Part shown: positions 59,301 to 64,000 of the stretch, in pieces
How positions within the stretch are numbered: position 1 is the stretch's first letter
Layout of the letters: each line of letters opens with the position of its first letter
Source: Ranitomeya imitator
Lineage: Eukaryota
DNA length: 64,000 bases
Reading direction: 5' to 3'
NCBI RefSeq assembly: GCF_032444005.1
Contig: NC_091283.1
Coordinates: 37,014,001 to 37,078,000, forward strand
Notes under the pieces: model-generated
Told to the model about the DNA's origin: nothing
Seen by the model: the letters and a program-made list of their open reading frames with translations, nothing else
The model's database searches: none
Made by a program: the position numbers and the translations under genes

Positions 59301-61099
59301 ATATCATATCAATACATATGTCGGAGTTCTCTTTTTCTGCTACAGATCTCTAAATCTCTTTCTTCCCTTCTCCATGGAGCTAGATGTTAAATTTCTGCCC
59401 GCTTGCAGCCACCACTAGGGGGAGCTCACAAATGAAAGTGCACTCCAATCTGTCTGCAGAAAGCTGCCCCTAGTGGAGGCTGCAGGAGCAACAACTACGA
59501 AAACAACAAGGGAATGTGGATCTATGTAGAACCAAAATCAGGCGTTTTAAGAGTTTGCGATTATTTTCGTGGAACAGAAATGGCAAATGTAACAAATAAG
59601 GGCACAGGGGGCCGAGGCCGGAGTACAACCGCGGCCTTGGTATGCGAGAACAGGATGTTTATAGATAGATCACACTTCCTGTAGGATTCGGGCAGCTGTT
59701 CTCACAGGAAGTGGCCCCATTATCTCATCCCCCTCCAGAACAGTCTTGCACCATTACTCCCCTTACTTATAAACTATGTGTCATTCAAGAACAATCTGCT
59801 TCCTCTCCAGAGAAAAGAATTATGGTTTTTTTTGTTTTACACCGTCAACCAGACAGGGCCGGGGAGAGGTTAAACTTTTTGGAATGTTTAGTACTTACTG
59901 GTTGGTAACCCAAATAAAAAAACAAACAAACAAAAAACCCAACAACCCACAAACCGGCTCCTGGAGCGGTCAGACAGGCTCCTGTAGTGTCCGTCCCGGC
60001 TGTAGGGCTTGTAAGTTAATATTTGCTGAAGGGGAGTTTTCCCAATACAATTCTGCAGGTTCTGTGTGCACGGAGCGCGGTCCGGCTGGGGGGACAAAGA
60101 GTCCAAAGCCCGCGCACGGTGAGCGATGCAGAACCGTCTCATGTCCGTAGGAGGCCATGACATGCTGGGAGTTGTAGTTTTCAAAATGGAAGTTGGAAAC
60201 CACAAAAATAAATTAGTACCGTCATTGCTGACTGTTTCCCCTAAGGATAAGTCTGAGAGTGATTCTCTGCTGCAAAATATCAACGTCAAACGTTTTAGGA
60301 GCATAATGACATTTAGGAGAATTTTTTGTCCTAATTTTGTATTTTTAGGTCAATCCGATTACAGCAACATATAAAGTACCTTTAAATTTAATTGCTTTTT
60401 AAATTGGTCAATTTTAACGACTTCTTTAGTTGATGTCTAGATCGATCTTCGAGGCCCCCGTTTATAAGACGATCTGCTCGGATTTGGCTTTCCGTTCTTT
60501 ATATATAAGAATACGAGAATCTGCTCAGAGATTTACAACTTCACCGCTGCTCAATCAATATTCAGAACTTTATTTTTTTTTCCCCCTTTATCATTGCAGG
60601 GCAAGTTAAAGAGTAATCCGTACTTTTATTTATTTTTATTCCATAAATCAATAGTACATGCGAAAATGAACTTTCTAATACCTGATTAGATAAATCTGCT
60701 TCTTTCTTCTCCTGATCATTTATTCTGAAAATTCTCAATTCCTGAGTAGAATAGGTCTTCAGTGTATACAAATTGTCCCATCACTGAGATTACAGATGAC
60801 AGTCGGTGCTCATAAAGTTCTATGGAGAACTGTAGCTTCTGTAGAATGTCATATCAGCCTCTAGCTCCTCCCATCTCCATAGAATTTTAAAAGCACCAAC
60901 TGTCATCAATGAGAAAATGTCTTCAATAAATATAGATTTTGCGTTCGACGGGCACTTCAAAACGACGCACGGGGACGCATCCTCATACAACGCATGGCCC
61001 TGCGTACAATGGTAAATAGAGGTACGCAAGACGCATGGGGATCTATGCGCAGGCCTACGCTGCGCACAGAAACGCTAGCCTAACCACAGAGTTGAGTGT

Positions 61100-62700
61100 T
61101 GGGAAACAAACTCCCAAGCATGTCCTCTTGTTTGGTCATTACTTGTCTATTTTTGGAGAATGAGATTTCATCCATAACTTCCAAAAGAAATTATTCGACA
61201 CTGCGTCTCAAGAAGCCAGTGCAACCAAGAGTGGAGAAGTTCCTGTCCGTTCCACCACCTCCGGGCTATAAAAGACCACATATGCAGACTGCTTACCATG
61301 CAAATGTTCTTCCATGGACGAGCGACTAGCAATATCCAGAAAGGATAAAGAGTAAAGCTGGCCAGACAAGAGGCTGGCCACAGACTCTGCTTTCTCCTGA
61401 CATCACAATACACATGGGTGCTTGGCATTGTGTTTTCCAACGGGGAGAGAGGAGAAAGTCTCTGCCGGACTCCTCTGCAGCTTATATCCCCCAAACCCTG
61501 AAGACAAAAGGATCAGCGAATGCGAGACCCTGTACACAGAAGATGGTCGGCTGGCCCTGTCGAAACTTGCAGGTTTCTTTGATCGTTATCCAATATGTAT
61601 GGGTGCCCTTAATGCCCCAGTAACTTATCACGAGGTAGGAGATAAAAATGCCAGATAAGCCAACAAGTTGTTTCAAAACTGTGGCCATTGAATTTTGCAA
61701 GACTATAACTCCCAGCATATTAGGAATTGTAGCTTGGATGAGTTGGAGAGAACAAATTTAGAAGAAGCTGTGGATAGCCAACATCTAGCTTCCATTTGGA
61801 GAAATCTCCATCCATTCTTGGACCTTCTAAACCAGTGTTCTTCAACTCCGGTCCTCAAGAGCCACCAACAGGTCATGTTTTCAGGATTTCCTTAGTATTG
61901 CACAGGTGATAATTGCATCACCTGGCCAGGCAAGCATTCAATAACCTGTGCAATACTAAGGAAATCCTGAAAACATGACCTGTTGGTGGCTCTTGAGGAC
62001 CGGAGTTGGGGAACACTGTTCTAGACCATAAAGATCATCTTTCTCCTAAAAAATGGAAAATCTCTAGTAGGATCATCAATGGGAAGTGGGTCATACAAGG
62101 TCAAACTCTCAGCTGAGTAATATGGGGTTGGACTCATCACATCTGGCCTTGTATGGACCACAGAGTCTCACCAGATCATTACTACTGGGTTAGTAGGAAA
62201 GTGGCAGAGGTAGCAGGTTTGGCCTTCAAGTGCTGTTGAGGAAGACCTAAGGAAAATTCTCCTATCCAGGAGCATAACCATAGGACCAAATAGCAACGCT
62301 TGGAACATAGCCTCTCTCTCATGACCATCAACCGTGATCATAGACTCCATGGACTCCTTCCATTACTGAAGCTCCTTTCACAGTTGAGATCTCATTGACC
62401 TCATAACACCTGCTACATTTGTTATCTTGGCCTATACAACCATGACCCCTTCCACATGGCTACCTTCTTTTGACAAAGAAGTCCATGCTCAGGTCAATTT
62501 TTTGGAGACTCAACAAGCGATTATTGCGAGCTCCTCTGGTCCCTTTAAGACACAGCCAGTCTACCACCTTTTTTGGAGCAACCAATAGCCAGCAGGTCTT
62601 TAACTACCACCAGAGTCCATTTGGACTGTGTCTACCAGGGTCAGCTTTTTTCCCCCCTCACCACATCAGTGGGTTCCAGATGCTACCAATTCCTGGTTAA
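61100..62700 (-). mobile_element. Decayed L1/Tx1-like RT remnant containing a hAT MITE
   Basis: RGVRQRLSPLSP resembles the RGVRQGCPLSP RT motif; many frameshifts. Confidence 0.35.
61833..62018. mobile_element. Palindromic hAT-type MITE, second copy
   Basis: Near-identical to 29909-30094; 8-bp flanks TTCTAAAC and TTCTAGAC. Confidence 0.85.
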
Positions 62701-64000
62701 CGTATCTTATAATGCAAGAGATTTTTTTTCCTTAAAAAAAAACAAAAAAAAAAACAATTCAGCCGCTTTTAGTTAAATGGGAATGATCTGCAATACCGAA
62801 CACCGCCTACGGACAAGAGTGGCGCTGTTATGCGCAAAAGTTTTGTTTTTTTCCCCCCAGCAAATTATAAGCAGACAAGTCCAATATCTATGCCCTTTCT
62901 GAATAGTTATATTGTCTTTTGCTGCAAGTTTCATGAAAGCGTTAGACAAACTATAACCGTACACCCCGAAATCAAGCCATGCCAGCAGCTTAGTGTACGA
63001 AACCATTCGACCTGACCTGCTGGCCCGTACAGGACAGAAAAGGTGCACTCAGCTTTTTCATTATTTACCACCGTCCCCCATCCCCCTCTACTAACAACCC
63101 GAACCTGTTCCTCTACAGAGAGCTCCTATAATACTGGATCCGCACAGATATAACGCGCCACATACTGATTTTTTTTTTTTAACCTGTTTTTGGATATATT
63201 TTACATAGAAAAAAACTCATTTGCATGGCAGTTTGCACAAGAATTATAGATGTTATACAAAGGGATTTTTGGTAGCCTCATCAACAATAGTCAATTGTTG
63301 TTGAAACTGTACACCCCACCCAAAAAAAACGACACCGTATTACATTAGATTACTGAAGACCTTAAGAAAAAAAAAGTTTCAACCACAACACCAACATTTA
63401 CCGCCAACTCGAGGGTGAAGGGAGCCGTCGGGGCAGGTAGATGCACAGCTAGGGTTGCAAATTTAGGCTAGGTTCACACATTGCCTCTTTGGTGCAGATT
63501 TTACCCACAGATTTCTAAACTGAAATCTGCAGGTATTTACTTTTTTTTTTTAACGGAAAATGCACAAGAAAAAAAAAAAACGCAACAAAACTTCAATGAA
63601 ACCAGTGGCGGACACAGACCGAAAAGGGCCCCTGCGCCAGAACAGTTTAGGGGCCCTTTGCAGGACAAAAGTTCTGTCTATGAGAAAAGCTGCTCGCTGA
63701 TTTGGAGGCGGTAGTGGCCCCCTCATATCTTGGGCCCCTGTATGAAACAAGGGCAGGTCAGCAGTTTAGTCAGTGGATCTAGGATGCTCACGGTTAAAAA
63801 TCTGCCCTTAAAAAAGGTGCGTTTCCACAACAGAAATGGACACCCCCGACGAAAAAAAAAGGGCGCTTGTGGATGAGTATTGGCTCAAATTTGCAGAAGT
63901 CGCAAAAATGTTTTGGATTTTACGTACGATCGCAGCCTTAATTTTTGAATGAATGCCCAGCAAAAATTTTGGTGCAAAGTTTGGGTCAAAATTTTAAAAA

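Noticed and set aside
62459-62490. Minus-strand MDFFVKRR as the missing CLIC1 first coding exon
   Set aside because: It lacks the ELFVK pattern, has no donor directly after the Lys, and lies in decayed LINE-like sequence.

Overview
Vertebrate genomic DNA, most likely an anuran (frog), judged from the repeat families; this is an inference. About half of the window is transposon or tandem repeat. Three spliced host genes can be reconstructed from GT-AG junctions and domain signatures. (1) A divergent six-exon CCN-family gene on + (5892-19358, about 375 aa: signal peptide, IGFBP, VWC, acidic hinge, TSP1, cystine knot). It fits no mammalian CCN1-6 cleanly: it has an extra intron inside the VWC, an R-T-R-R furin-type site in the hinge, loss of both cysteines of one predicted CT disulfide, and a basic tail. 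(2) A three-exon GPI-type Ly6/uPAR gene on + (23167-27494, 123 aa). (3) CLIC1 on - (five coding exons, 31328-46672; the first coding exon was not found in the window). Ly6 plus CLIC1 points to the MHC class III-syntenic block, so the CCN gene may be a paralogue of the DDAH1-CCN1 linkage that mammals lack. The last CCN intron holds a nested stack: SINE, (TA)n, a DD38E Tc1-type transposon, a very young chromodomain Ty3/Gypsy element inside its transposase, and a second Tc1. CLIC1 introns hold Helitron-like elements, solo LTRs, MITEs and several minisatellites, some built from transcription-factor consensus motifs. No rRNA, tRNA gene or CRISPR array is supported.
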